This document shows positions 19,901 through 32,000 of a DNA stretch of 64,000 nt, piece by piece. Source of the DNA: a virus; IMG/VR virus record IMGVR_UViG_3300035228_001133, positions 1-64,000 of that record; one strand, 5' to 3'. The notes below the pieces were generated by a model. That model saw nothing but the letters and a program-made list of their open reading frames with translations, searched no databases and was not told the origin of the DNA. The translations under genes and the position numbers were made by a program. Every line of letters starts with the position of its first letter. The first letter of the stretch is position 1.

Positions 19901-22900
19901 GCCAGTATTGTTAATGCGACTACAATTACGGTCGATGTTGGTGCTACTCCCATTGTTTATCAACAACCAACCAATGCAGTATATAATCCAGACATTGGTG
20001 AAATAATAATTACTGTTCCAAGTCATGGACATGTTAAGGGCGAGACTCTTAAGTTGACTGATAATGCGTTTACATTTACTTGTGAATTGGATAATAATCA
20101 GACACAACATACGTATCCAAGACCTACCGACCCAGCTGGTGGTGGATATGCGTCTACTACTAATACGGTTGCAATTACAACCCACACCGATGATACATTT
20201 ACTATCCCTGTTGGGGCTTCCCCATTACAGTATTTTGCAGCTACAGGCGGTCAATACAATGCAGTTTCTGGTATTCTAACAGTTACTGCACCAAGTCATG
20301 GATATGTTAATGGTGATTTTGCCAGATTTACTGATAACTCTTTGGTATTTACTTGTAGTTTGGACGGGAATGCAACTGAACATCCATATCCAAGACCTAC
20401 CGACCCAGCATCTGGAATTGCACTTACAATTAGTAATGTAACTACAAATACATATGAAGTTAATGTAGGAACATCCACTAACTCTTATATTCAAGCTATT
20501 AGCGCAACATACAATCCCAAGACTGGTATTATGTTGGTGGGAACGGGTAATACCGCTCATGGACTAACAACCGCAACTGGTAATGTATTGATTCAGGATG
20601 GATCGTTCGTATTTACTTGCGATCTCGATAATAATCAAACCCAACATAGTTATCCAAGGTCAACTGACCCTATATCAGGGGCATCTGCCACTATTCTCGG
20701 ATATTCTACGAATACCTTTGATATTAATGTTGGGGTATCAACACATACTTATAGATCAGCCACTAATGCAGAATATACTGCTTCCATTGGAATTCTAACA
20801 GTAACCTGTCCCAATCATGGACTTAGAGTTGATAGAGCCTTCAAATTTACTGACAATACTATGAGTTTTACTTGTGGAATGGATGACAACTCCACAGTTC
20901 ATACTTATCCAAGATCAACCGACCCTTATTCTGATACTAGAGTTGTTGTTACCGCTAAAACCGATGATACGTTTACGGTAAATGTTGGTCCAACTACAAG
21001 TTATTTCTGGGATGTTAGTGGTGCTAACTATGTTCCAGATACTGGGATTATTGAGTTGACAGTTGGTACAGGACATACGTTATTTGCTGGCAAACCTGTA
21101 CGAATCCAACCAGAGTCCTTAATCTTTACATGTACCAAGGATGGTAATTCAACAGAACATAGATATCCGCAAAAAGGAGATCCATATTGGATTTCTGCTG
21201 GTATTGCATCGGTGTTGAATTCTACAAACGTCAGAATTAATGTTGGTCCATCAACAACACCTTCGTATTATGTTGGTGGTGGAACCATTCAAGGTTCTAT
21301 TGTTGCTCCTAGAGAACAAAATAACTCTACCAGTGGAATGGATTTCTCTTTCTCTGGTGCTCTTGTTCAAAAAGTTGGTGGAGCAACTACATTTAGTGTT
21401 CAAGTTGGTCCTTCTACAACACCACACAACTATAATAGAGGTGGTACAGTCTCTAGAGCACAGAGATTTGCAGATTCGTTGGACAAGGGGTATGATGGAC
21501 TATACGTTGGTGAAAGATTAACAGGAGCAACTTTCCGTTCCAATAGTGGGATTATAACCGAGAGAAATTATTATGCGGCTCCAGGAAGAGTTCATAAACC
21601 AGTTCGTTTTGAAATTACTGCACCAGATCCGTATTTTAATAGAGATTTAGTGTATGCTGAAGGATCTACTGGTATTGGAACTAATGCTGTAGTTGACTTC
21701 AGAATTAATGCTGATGGTGAAATCCAAGAATATCAAATTACTGAAGAAGGAGTTGCATTTAAAGTAGATGACATCTTAACTGTTAGTGGAATTTCTACAG
21801 ACCCAAGAGTCGGAGTACATACAGAATTTACTCTCACTGTTAATTCATTGACTAATGATAAATTCTCAGGATTTTATCCTGGACAATTTATTCTTTTTGA
21901 TGATATTAGTCAATTCTTCAATGGACTTAGAAATAAATTTACTTTATCGGTAACTACTGGCGGAAATACAGAAATACTCAGTTTGAAGACACTTCCTGGA
22001 AGTGATATGGATATCAGTAACAATATATTCATTTACATTAATGATATTCTACAAGTTCCTGGGGAATCTTATATTTTCAAAGGAAGTAGAATTATTTTTA
22101 CTGAATCTCCCAAATCTGGATCTAAATGTTCTGTATTCTATTTCCGAGGGTCTAAGAGGGACGTTGATACAGTTAATCCTCCCTTGACTGTTAAAGCAGG
22201 TGATACGGTATCTATTAAAGAAAATAAATTGAATCTATTTGATCTAGATCAATTCCCAAGACAGGCTAAGAGAATTGTTGCTTCTGATATTTTAGAAACA
22301 TTTGCATACAAGGGTGTTGGTATTGATACTGCTTCAACTGCAGAAAGACCTCTAACATGGGAAAAACAGAAAAGAGATAAGATTCTTTCTGGAACTCTAA
22401 TTTCCAAATCGAGACCAAGTTTGAAGTCTAGAACTACACCAACTACTAGAATTATTAGGAATGTTGGTGAGAGTGATAGAGAAATTTATGTAGAAAATGC
22501 TTTCCCAATTTTCGCTGGTATTGATTTAGTAACTCAGTCAGAAAGAAATGTTTTGATAATGGGTGATAGGGAGATCAGAACAGCAATTGGTACTGCTCAA
22601 GTTGCTACTTCTTCCAGTATTTCTAGTATTTCTATTGCAGATGGTGGAGTTGGATATGCTCTCACATCACCAAATGTAACTATTTCTGGTTCTTTGATTA
22701 CTAGAAAGGACCCAATTTCTGATTGGAGTTTTGAGGATATTATCACTGGATTTGGACCAGGATTGTATGATTGGAAAGAATTGGCTCATGGTGATCAAGT
22801 AATTGCTGTTGGTTCAAGTAGTAGATATATCAATACAAAGAGTGGAACTTTCTGGGAAAGAGGAGTCCTTGGATTTGGTGGAACGATCACCATGAATACC

Positions 22901-24448
22901 GTTGCAATCGGTAAATCTACTGCATCCCCAGTAAACTATGTAAGAGCCTCTGGAGAATACTCTAAGGTTGTTAAAGGAGTCTCTGTTGGTAATACGTTTA
23001 CTGATTGGCAAGAAGTTCAATTGATTGAACAACGACAAATTCCTGCAATTCAATCTACGTTGGATTTTGCATCAGAATATGAAGGAACTTTTAATAAAAT
23101 TATCTTTGAACCAACCAGAGATGCTTGGGTTACTGTAGGAACTGGTGGATCTATTTTTACTGGTGTTGGTATTGGAACTACAACGATGTATAGTCGTTAT
23201 TCCAGAACTCTAGAAGATCTAAATTCAATCACATATGGAATGGGTGAATTTATTGTTGCGGGTAATGGTGGAATGCTCCTTTCTTCAAATGAAGGTATAG
23301 TTTGGACCCCATTATCCAGTAATACTCCAAAAAATATTACAGATATTGTATTTGATGGGAATAAATTTGTTTTTGTTGGTGACGGTGGACTTATTGGTAT
23401 TTCATCTGACAAAAATTTCTGGATGATTTATAGTGATCCAAACGCTACAAATCCAGCTACATTTGACTTTGATAAAATTAGGTATCAAGATGGATTCTAT
23501 GTCGGAATTGATACCTCTGGAAATTTACATTACTCATTCGATTTGTCTAATTGGACTCTGCGAGAGATTGATCACTCTCAGGTACTTTCGGACTTAATTA
23601 AAACTGATTATGGTATTAATGGAAGAACTATTGCGGTTGGATCTGGATCAACTGCTTTTTATGCAGATCCTATTGTCAATAGAGCTACTGCAAAATCTTC
23701 AGTTACCAATGGTATTGTTACTAGTGTAGTTGTAGAAAATGGTGGATTTGGATATGTGGTTGGATCAAACCCACCAGTGATTATTGAAACAGACAGGGTA
23801 GTAAGTGAAAAAATTCTTTCTGTCGATGCAGTTGGTGACTTTGGTGTTATTGTTGGTGTAAATACTAATCGTCCTGGAATTGGATTTAGCACTCCACCTA
23901 CTATAGATTTTGTACTTAAATCTGATTTTTATGATAATACTAATCTTGGATATGGATATTCTTCATTAAATACATTGGGTGTAAATTATTCGCAACTATC
24001 TGCTGGAGATTATTTCGTTATCTATGATAGTCCATTGGTGGCTGGTCATGCGTTAACTGGCATTACAACTTCTATTGGTGGTTATTTAAACTTCCCACTT
24101 AATAAGACAATGCAAATTTCTGCAGGAGAATATCTATCAGGAAGATTCTTTGTTGAAAAAGTAACCCCTGTTGATGTTGTGTCTGGACTAGTTACGGTAA
24201 CATGTGCTTTCCAACCAAAACCATTTTCGTCTATTGACATTGAGGTTGGTCTTGATCCAAATGGACCATATTTCTTGGACAATGAATTTCATTATAAAGA
24301 TAATTATGGTAAGTATACTTGGGGTAAAATTAACAAATACCAAAATAGAGCGGGAGGAAGTCCCCAACAATTCTTTGTCAATTCGGACAACGGAGGTACT
24401 GGGTTATCAACTGCTGCTGTAGTTACGAGAATTCAACCTTTATCTTAA
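16970..24448 (+). CDS. Large virion structural protein (gp7 C-terminal-like part) with tandem FTC...HxYPR modules and a BNR-type propeller
   Basis: 2492 aa; 'GDYNI..DNIYF.DAPYG', 'LDDIS..F.G', 'G.YTWGKI' motifs of cyanophage gp7-type proteins; repeats seen directly. Confidence 0.75.
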   Translation: MPRTTPGSGAILRPVFNSSYGVERIDVISGGNDYTKADPPKLVIEGTETPIVEGVFYPVITGVGTISEVVIFDTGAGYYPVFSTTTSSEVIVDRGSFGSISTIHGTGISSVFVGDYNIIEDNIYFIDAPYGKRGPVGLETGSTFNGRLFSRKFDPFEPEDKNLILDDISLEFTGVAGTNFRITENLGIVTSLYNSVNTGVEINNNPFILINNVVQTPNLDFTFNNSSDNQLNFLSGVPRAGRLDKVAIQTGAGYYIPVEAAAVAGVNSSGSVDYVQLRGGGQGYRTPPEVRIRATNGIGASATAILGTKVDTPVGITTAVFDMFSGIGTFTTAAPHDLYDGDRVVITGAGFTFTPLSAIRNINEFGYDYITGIATLSVYGGHYIGTGANQSRHLALRGIQVTDGISTFTLREDSYPIISIVNSNEAKINIGIGTTGVQYVSAGTVQAGVDTNILEARNVIGFDIIDTPTDDTFEVFLGITTFPHNYVTGGVVQRDQTGIVTAINLTSGGSGYFPAAKVVYSDNTQESGITTFTAHGQQIGVTTNVGTAEYDPVVGILTVRFSENHGLTDDDAVKLEGLVFDTINGPVTFPRGLKKYFGFTVPNNVDINIDATEEMYDLTRNVGVYTGQFLTGTITRYKGHGLKTDEFVVVSGVGQTTSSSVDLRLADVEYDNASGVATITTRRNHNFTKNDFVILSGIAFTCDYSPSLGITTAEYDNISGIMTITTAAPHGYSEGGKAGNVVLSGLGFTCDIDNGSSIHYYPRHRDESYQKSISIASTTNTTITLDVGKSPRNESYPHTFASAKTGSVVSGGDYAHSFVGSASSSIILGGEYDHNFVSATSEAIVVGGDYDHTFVSSGSTALWRGGGYPHTFVSAGATAVITGGDYTYTFVPDSNNGGAIAKYTWAGPFLTPTVVGYIPATGILTLEFNQPHFLTTSDTIGIATGSLTFTCDMDGNATKHDYPRRRDPIHNKSDVPVASIVNATTITVDVGATPIVYQQPTNAVYNPDIGEIIITVPSHGHVKGETLKLTDNAFTFTCELDNNQTQHTYPRPTDPAGGGYASTTNTVAITTHTDDTFTIPVGASPLQYFAATGGQYNAVSGILTVTAPSHGYVNGDFARFTDNSLVFTCSLDGNATEHPYPRPTDPASGIALTISNVTTNTYEVNVGTSTNSYIQAISATYNPKTGIMLVGTGNTAHGLTTATGNVLIQDGSFVFTCDLDNNQTQHSYPRSTDPISGASATILGYSTNTFDINVGVSTHTYRSATNAEYTASIGILTVTCPNHGLRVDRAFKFTDNTMSFTCGMDDNSTVHTYPRSTDPYSDTRVVVTAKTDDTFTVNVGPTTSYFWDVSGANYVPDTGIIELTVGTGHTLFAGKPVRIQPESLIFTCTKDGNSTEHRYPQKGDPYWISAGIASVLNSTNVRINVGPSTTPSYYVGGGTIQGSIVAPREQNNSTSGMDFSFSGALVQKVGGATTFSVQVGPSTTPHNYNRGGTVSRAQRFADSLDKGYDGLYVGERLTGATFRSNSGIITERNYYAAPGRVHKPVRFEITAPDPYFNRDLVYAEGSTGIGTNAVVDFRINADGEIQEYQITEEGVAFKVDDILTVSGISTDPRVGVHTEFTLTVNSLTNDKFSGFYPGQFILFDDISQFFNGLRNKFTLSVTTGGNTEILSLKTLPGSDMDISNNIFIYINDILQVPGESYIFKGSRIIFTESPKSGSKCSVFYFRGSKRDVDTVNPPLTVKAGDTVSIKENKLNLFDLDQFPRQAKRIVASDILETFAYKGVGIDTASTAERPLTWEKQKRDKILSGTLISKSRPSLKSRTTPTTRIIRNVGESDREIYVENAFPIFAGIDLVTQSERNVLIMGDREIRTAIGTAQVATSSSISSISIADGGVGYALTSPNVTISGSLITRKDPISDWSFEDIITGFGPGLYDWKELAHGDQVIAVGSSSRYINTKSGTFWERGVLGFGGTITMNTVAIGKSTASPVNYVRASGEYSKVVKGVSVGNTFTDWQEVQLIEQRQIPAIQSTLDFASEYEGTFNKIIFEPTRDAWVTVGTGGSIFTGVGIGTTTMYSRYSRTLEDLNSITYGMGEFIVAGNGGMLLSSNEGIVWTPLSSNTPKNITDIVFDGNKFVFVGDGGLIGISSDKNFWMIYSDPNATNPATFDFDKIRYQDGFYVGIDTSGNLHYSFDLSNWTLREIDHSQVLSDLIKTDYGINGRTIAVGSGSTAFYADPIVNRATAKSSVTNGIVTSVVVENGGFGYVVGSNPPVIIETDRVVSEKILSVDAVGDFGVIVGVNTNRPGIGFSTPPTIDFVLKSDFYDNTNLGYGYSSLNTLGVNYSQLSAGDYFVIYDSPLVAGHALTGITTSIGGYLNFPLNKTMQISAGEYLSGRFFVEKVTPVDVVSGLVTVTCAFQPKPFSSIDIEVGLDPNGPYFLDNEFHYKDNYGKYTWGKINKYQNRAGGSPQQFFVNSDNGGTGLSTAAVVTRIQPLS
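19200..21190 (+). repeat. Seven roughly 90-aa FTCxxDxxxxxHxYP(R/Q) modules plus about 17-aa GGxYxHxFV repeats
   Basis: Protein repeats visible; exact 23-bp repeat TATCCAAGACCTACCGACCCAGC at 20114 and 20387. Confidence 0.85.
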
Positions 24449-24489
24449 CCACTAAATACTAAAAGAAAAAACTTCTAGTTTTCATCAAA

Positions 24490-26085
24490 ATGCCTGCCAT
24501 TATATCTGAACAGTTTAGAATCCTAAACGCCGAAACCTTTGTAAAGAGTTTCGTTGGCGTTGGGTCTACCGTAAACAAATATTATGCCTTCATTGGATTG
24601 CCCAATGCTTTTGAAGAAGAGGCTGGTGGAACAAGTGATTGGTCTACCAATACTCCTTCTCCATTGGATGGGTTCCTTGAAGAAAATCAAATCAAGGAAT
24701 CTATCATTGCAATGAAGAAAATTACGGATAGAGATGTCCGTAGATTGGTTCGCAAAGTCGAATGGATTGCTGGTACAACCTATGAAATGTATAGACATGA
24801 CTATACAATTTACAATACTACCCCAATTACAAAACAGGGTAATTTATATGAATCGAACTATTATGTTGTTAACGAAGATCTAAAGGTATACATTTGCCTT
24901 CAAAATGGATCTGACCCAGAAAACCCAAGTGGTAGACCATCATATGATCAACCAACTTTTATTGATTTAGAATCAAGAGCTGCAGGTACTTCTGGTGACG
25001 GTTATGTTTGGAAATATCTGTATACCATAAAACCATCCGAAATTGTAAAGTTTGATAGTATTCAATATATTCCAGTTCCCGAAGAATGGGGATCTACAGG
25101 CGAATCTGTAGCTACTAAAAATAACGCTATTGACGGAAAGATTGAAGTCGTAGTTATCGATACTAGAGGATCTAATTACCAACCAATTTCTACATCATTC
25201 TCCAATGTTGATATTTTGGGTGATGGTATTGGTGCTAAGGCAACAGTAACTATTGACTCTTTTGGTAAAGTATCTGAGGTATTTGTTACTGATGGGGGAT
25301 CTGGATATACTCATGGATCCATTAAATTCTTCCCAGGAGCTCCTGGAAGTGAAGAAGGTGGACCACTAGAAAACCTTACTAATACAGGTATTGGAGAAAC
25401 TTCTCTTGGTAATTTTAGTGTAATTATTCCCCCAAAAGGTGGGCATGGATATGATGTTTACCGAGAACTAGGTGCTTATAGGGCACTTTTATATTCTAGA
25501 TTTGAAACTATTGAGACTAACCCAGATATTATTGAAGGTAATGATTTTGCCAGAGTCGGTGTTATAAAGAACCCAACTATTTTTGGTAGTGACACAGAAC
25601 TTTTAGAAACTTCTCAGGTCAGTGGACTAAAAGGGATTAAGCTGGGTGGAATTACCACAGCAACAACATATGCAGTTGATTCAGAAATTACTCAGTCAGT
25701 TGGTGTTGGGTCTACTGCTATCGGATACGTTGCATCTTGGGATAATATTAGTGGAGTTCTGAAATATTACCAACCAATGGGTCTTGCTTCCAGTGAAACT
25801 GGTTATAAGATTATTCCGTTTACTTCTACTCCCGATGCAGGATTTGGATTAACAATTACTGGTGAGGTTGTTACGGGCCCGCTTCTATCAGTAAATACTG
25901 ATTTCAATGGTGTAAGTACCTCAATAAATAATAGGACATACCAACTTGGTCTTAACTTTGTTGCTGGTATTGCATCTGCTGAATACAACACTAAGTCTGG
26001 CGAAATTATCTATATTGATAATAGACCGCCTATTCCTAGATCTGCAAGTCAGAAAGAAGACATCAAGATTGTTCTGGAGTTCTAA
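24490..26085 (+). CDS. gp8: Baseplate wedge subunit gp8
   Basis: 'MPAIISEQFRILNA', 'YEMYRHDY', 'DGYVWKYLYTI', C-terminal 'QKEDIKIVLEF'; CTAAATA at 24452-24458. Confidence 0.93.
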   Translation: MPAIISEQFRILNAETFVKSFVGVGSTVNKYYAFIGLPNAFEEEAGGTSDWSTNTPSPLDGFLEENQIKESIIAMKKITDRDVRRLVRKVEWIAGTTYEMYRHDYTIYNTTPITKQGNLYESNYYVVNEDLKVYICLQNGSDPENPSGRPSYDQPTFIDLESRAAGTSGDGYVWKYLYTIKPSEIVKFDSIQYIPVPEEWGSTGESVATKNNAIDGKIEVVVIDTRGSNYQPISTSFSNVDILGDGIGAKATVTIDSFGKVSEVFVTDGGSGYTHGSIKFFPGAPGSEEGGPLENLTNTGIGETSLGNFSVIIPPKGGHGYDVYRELGAYRALLYSRFETIETNPDIIEGNDFARVGVIKNPTIFGSDTELLETSQVSGLKGIKLGGITTATTYAVDSEITQSVGVGSTAIGYVASWDNISGVLKYYQPMGLASSETGYKIIPFTSTPDAGFGLTITGEVVTGPLLSVNTDFNGVSTSINNRTYQLGLNFVAGIASAEYNTKSGEIIYIDNRPPIPRSASQKEDIKIVLEF

Positions 26086-26091
26086 AGAAAA

Positions 26092-29000
26092 ATGCCACAG
26101 AATACCAACTTAAATTCATCTCCATATTTTGATGACTTTAGTGCGTCTAATAATTATCAGAGGGTTCTGTTCAAGCCTGGACTCCCTATTCAATCCAGAG
26201 AATTAACTACATTACAGTCAATTCTACAGAACCAAATTGAAAAGTTTGGTAAACATATGTTTAAGGAGGGATCTGTAGTTATCCCTGGACAACTTGCATA
26301 TGATGACGAGTATACTTCTGTTCAGATTGATGAGTCTCACTTGGGACTTCCAGTTTCTTTGTATTTGAATTCCTTAAAAGGAAAGAGAATCAAGGGAGAA
26401 ACTAGTGGCGTTAAAGCGAAGATTGAAGATTACATCTCTAATTCTGAGTCGGTAAAAGGCAATTATACCTTATACATCAAATATGAAGGTGCTAGCGAAA
26501 ACGACTTCTCGGGAACAACTTTTACCGATGGTGAAAATTTAATTGCTCAAGAAGATATTAGTTACAGCCTTTCTAGTATTAGAACTGGAACTAGTTTTGC
26601 TACCGCAATTATCTCCAATTCTACTGCCGTAGGATCTGCTGCAAAACTTGCCAATGGTGTATATTTCATTCGTGGATTTTTTGTAGATGTACCCGATTCT
26701 GTTGTAATTCTTGATCAATATGATGATGCACCAAGTTATAGAATTGGTCTAAACATTTCCGAAGAACTTGTAACTGCTTCGGAAGAATATAACGATTTAT
26801 ATGATAATGCTAGGGGATTTTCAAACTTTGCAGCTCCTGGTGCGGATCGACTAAAAATTTCTACAACTCTCATTAAAAAGTCTCTAACCGATTTTAATGA
26901 TGAAAATTTCATTGAATTGCTTAGGATCGAAAATGGAGATATTAGGAAGTTTAGTAATACCACTACATATGATCTTATCACGGATGAGTTAGCCAGAAGA
27001 ACATATGATGAGTCTGGAGATTATTATATCAATTCATTTGATGTCAATATTAAAGAAACACTTAATAATAGAATTGGTAATGATGGAGCGTATTACGACA
27101 ATCAAACTACCCAACAAGGAAATATTCCTACAGATGATATAGTATCACTCTCAATTGGACCTGGAAAGGCGTATATTCGCGGATTTGAAGTTGAGACTCT
27201 AAACACAACTACATTAGATATTCCCAAACCAAGAACAACTGAATCTGTTGATAATGAAGCTTTACCTTTTACTGTAGGTAGGATTATTGAAGTTAATAAC
27301 GTTCATGGTTCCCCTGCAGTTGGTCTTGGAACAGAAGGACTCCTAAATCTGTATGCATCTAGAACTGCAACTCCAGGAACTGCCAGCGGACTTCATATTG
27401 GTGTTGCAAGACTCTATGATTTTAGATTGAGAGATGCTGCATACCAAAATGAAGGTACTACTTTTAGAACATCTTTATATGACGTTCAAACTTTTACATA
27501 TTTGGAATTGAATGCTGATTCATCTATTAATGTTCCTGCATTTATTGAGGGTCAGAATAGTGGTGCATCTGGATTTGTGTATTCGGCTTCATCAAATACT
27601 ACAGAACTTATTCTGTATCAGGTTAATGGAGAATTTCAACGAAATGAAGAAATTGTTCTAAATGGAACAACAATCAATAGAACTATTAAGGATTTTGACG
27701 ATTACGGTATTCAAGAAGTCCGTCAAATTACAAGCGCTGATGGAGTAGCATTTACTGCTGATACTAAACTGACTAATAGAATTAGGTTTGCAGAACCTGG
27801 AAGTGAATATACAATTACTGACGTATCTGCTGGTGTATCTACAATTACTTCCCCTAATGCTAATTTTAGTGCAGTATCTGGTATTTCTACTGGTGATGTA
27901 ATCGCATACAGTAAAGCAGCTACCTCAACACCTTCATATGCTGTTGTAGAGCAGATTGGCACTAACGCAAGAAGCATAATTGTTAAAGCATCAACTACAG
28001 TATCCAATGTAAATGAAGGTGCTCTTCCAACTAGCGAAATTACGGTAAGTGACGTAAATAAAGTTACTTTGGAAATTCTTAATGGTGGAAATCAGTCCTT
28101 ATTTGCGGAACTTGCGGAACCAAATGTTTCTACAGTAAATCTCAATGATTCTGAGATTATCTTCAAGAAAACCTACTACATTGCAGTTTCTACTGGTGCA
28201 TTTAGTGCTACTTTGGAATCCGATTCAAATCTAACTTTAGAACCTTATGATTCGGAAGATTATAATGTATCATTTGATTCTAGTGGTACAACCGAATCTC
28301 TTTCTGATCAGAAATTGACAGTTTCTGGTAGGACTGTTACTCTCTCGCAATTGAGTGAAAGTGGTTCTGCTACTCTTACTGTAACATGGAAGAAAAAGAA
28401 TCCTAAAGCTAAGAACAAAGTATTCAGTAGAGCTAATACTATTCAGATTATTAATTCATCAACAAATACTTCTGGAGTAGGAAATTCTAGTGCAAATGAT
28501 GGATTAACTTTCTCCAATATTTATGGAACTAGAGTTCAAGATAAGAAAATTTCCCTAGGAATTTGTGATGTAGCGAACGTTGTTGCTATTTTTGAATCAT
28601 CTTCAAATAGTAATCCACAACTTCCAAAAATCATCTTAACAGATTTGAATGCAAGTGTTACTAATGCACTTAAGGGCGAATCTATAGTTGGTGAAACCTC
28701 TGGGGCATCTGCAATTTTTGTAGAAAGTAATGGAACAAATGAAACATCATTCATCTATGAAAATGAAAATATATTTCAAAGTGGAGAAACTGTAATTTTC
28801 CAAGACTCCAATATTACTGCTAATGTGCAATCTTTTGTTTCTGGAGACCGAGATATTAAGGATAACTTTGAATTTGATCCTGGGCAAAATGAAGATTATC
28901 TAGATTTTTCTTCTATTGTTAGATTAAATTCTGCAAATGCTCCAACTAAAAGATTGACAATCGTCTATGATAGTTTTGTTATTGAAAATTCCGATCCTGG

Positions 29001-32000
29001 AGATCTTGTTTCGGTAGATTCTTATGATGCCACTCTTTATGGTAATACTCTTCCATATATTGGGAGTATTCCAGTCTCAGACATAATTGATTTGAGACCT
29101 AGAGCTGTTTCTGTTGCATCTACAGTATCTCCTTTTGAATATAAGTCTAGGGAATTTAATCCACTCACATCATCCACAACTCATGTATTTTCCAGTAATA
29201 AGAATCTCAACTTGAGTTATGATTATTATTTGGGTAGAATTGATAAAATTTTCTTAACAAAAGATGGAGTTTTTAATAGAGCAGAAGGAGTTCCTTCATA
29301 TAATCCACAAGTACCAAATAAGGTGGATAATGCGCTAGAGATTGCTACTATTGAGATGCCTCCATATCTCTATAACCTTAATGATATTACAGTTCAAATT
29401 GCTACTCATAAGCGATATCAAATGGTAGATATTGCCAATATTGAGACCAGACTTACTAATGTAGAGTACTATACGAGTCTTTCTCTCCTAGAGACGGAAA
29501 CTTCTAGTTTGTCTATTAAAGATCCAACTACAAATCTTGATAAGTTTAAATCTGGATTTTTTGTTGATAACTTTAGATCCAAAATAGGTGGTGGAGCCAT
29601 CGAGGATTCTCAATATAGATGCAGTATTGATACTGCAGAAGGAGAAGCAAGACCAGAACACTATACGACATCGATAGATCTTTTATTGGGATCTGAAGCT
29701 GTTATTGCTGCATCTAGTGGAACGGCAACTCCAGATGCAGACTATAGATTCGTAAGTGATCTTGGAGATGCAAATGTTGTCAAGAAAGGTGATATTGTAA
29801 CTCTTAGTTATACCGACTCTGAGTGGCTTAAGAATAAGTTTGCTACTAGAATTGAAAATGTAAACCCATTCCATGTTGTGAACTGGATTGGAGTTTTGGA
29901 ATTGAATCCAGCAACAGATACTTGGATTGATACTAGGAAAATTCCTAGTATGACCGTAGATATGGAAGGTAGTTACAATGCCATCCAAGGAATGGTTGGT
30001 GGGACAGATAGTAATACTGGACTATCTCCCGTTCAGTGGGGTTCTTGGGAAACTACTTGGACAGGAAAAACTAGGACGAAAGGTCCTGTTATCCTGAAGG
30101 AGAAAAAGAGAGTCAAAGGCTCTATGACGAAGAAAAAAAGAAGAGGACGTTTTAGACCTGGAAAAGGTATTAAAGTAACCACGATTAAGAAATGGAAACA
30201 GAAGATTACCAAGATTCGGGAAGTAACTACTACCAAGACTGGAACTAAATCTAGAGCCGGTATACAGTATAAAGTAGACGAGACATTCGACTCCAAGAGT
30301 TTGGGGGATAGAGTGGTATCCAGCGATGTTGCTGCTGTGATGAGATCTCGAAATATTGAGTTTGTTTGTAAAAGACTGAAACCCAACACTAGACTTTATG
30401 CATTCTTCGATAATATCGATATGAATGCCTTTATTGTTCCAAAACTCATTGAAATTGAAATGGAAAGTGGGACTTTTGCCGTTGGGGAAACTGTCGTTGG
30501 TAATGGGACTAACTCTACAAATAAGAGTATTAGGTTTAGATTGGCTCAACAAAATCATAAGTATGGTGCTTATAATTCTCCAAGTCAGACTTATGAAAAC
30601 AACCCATACAACGTAGCAAATAGTATTTCTGGATCATATTCTTCAACTACAGGATTACTTAATGTAGATACTGCGGCTCTTGAAATTCAATCTGTATCTG
30701 GATTCTTTGGATGTCTAGGTAAAGGTATGAAATTAATTGGTCAGTCTAGTGGTGCTATTGCAAAAGTTAAAGATATTAGACTTGTCACTGACAAAGCTGG
30801 TGTTGTTATTGGATCCTTGTTTATACCTGATCCAACTCTACCATCAAACACTCCGTTCGCTACTGGTAGAAAGACCTTTACACTAACATCTAGTTCAAGT
30901 AACCAGACTATTTCTGGATTTACTGATAGTTCTGCAGAGACAACATTCATGTCTACTGGAACAATTAATAATACACAGGAAACTACTCTACGAATTCGTA
31001 ATGCTAATGTTGAAAGGGTTCCCACATCAGAATCTAAAGCTGTAAGCAAAAGCACAACTAGATTAAAATCAACAGTTAAATTCAAAAATAGAAAGAAAAA
31101 ACAAACAAGATGGGTTGACCCACTTGCACAGTCGTTTGAAGTTCCAGATGAAAACGGAGTTTTTCTCACTAAGTGTGAGATTTACTTTAGATCAAAGGAC
31201 GCTTCTGCACTACCCGTAACACTACAGGTCAGAGATCTTGAACTAGGTTTACCTACACAATCAATCTTACCTTTTGCTGAAGTTGTTCTAGACCCATCTG
31301 AGGTTGTTACTTCTGATGATGGTAGCAAACCAACAACATTTACTTTCGATTCTCCTGTATATTGCCAAGGTGGAAGTCAATTTGCTTTGGTTCTTCTTTC
31401 TGCATCCAATGAATATACGGTATTCATCTCAAGGATGGGTGAAGAAGATGTATCCACAATTAACAGTGCAGATTCTGAAAAGATTATTGTTTCTCAACAA
31501 CCACTTCTTGGATCACTGTTTAAGTCACAAAATGGTGCTACATGGGATCCAAGTCAGTTTGAAGATCTTAAATTCAATCTTTACCAGGCTAAATTCAATT
31601 CCACTAGTGGTACAGTTAAATTCTATAATCCTGATCTAGACATTGGCAACAAACAGATTGTCACATTGAGTAATAACCCGCTTAGTATGTTGGGTAAAAA
31701 TACTATTATTGGTCTTGGTAAGAGTTTGACTTCTAATGAAGTTAATGGTCTTCTTTCTGGTACAACTATTGGTCAAGAAAACAATGCAAACTTCTCTGCA
31801 AACCTTGTCACGGTTCTTGGTGCTGTTGGTATTGGAAGTGTTCTAGATCTAACATCTGCGGGTGGTGGATTTGCAAATGGAACTCCGACATATACTGATG
31901 TTCCTCTAATCAGTCTAACTGGAAGTGGATCTGGCGCAAAAGCAACCCTTGTTATTGCATCTAATGCAGTAACTTCCGCTACTGTTTCTGCTGGTGGTAC

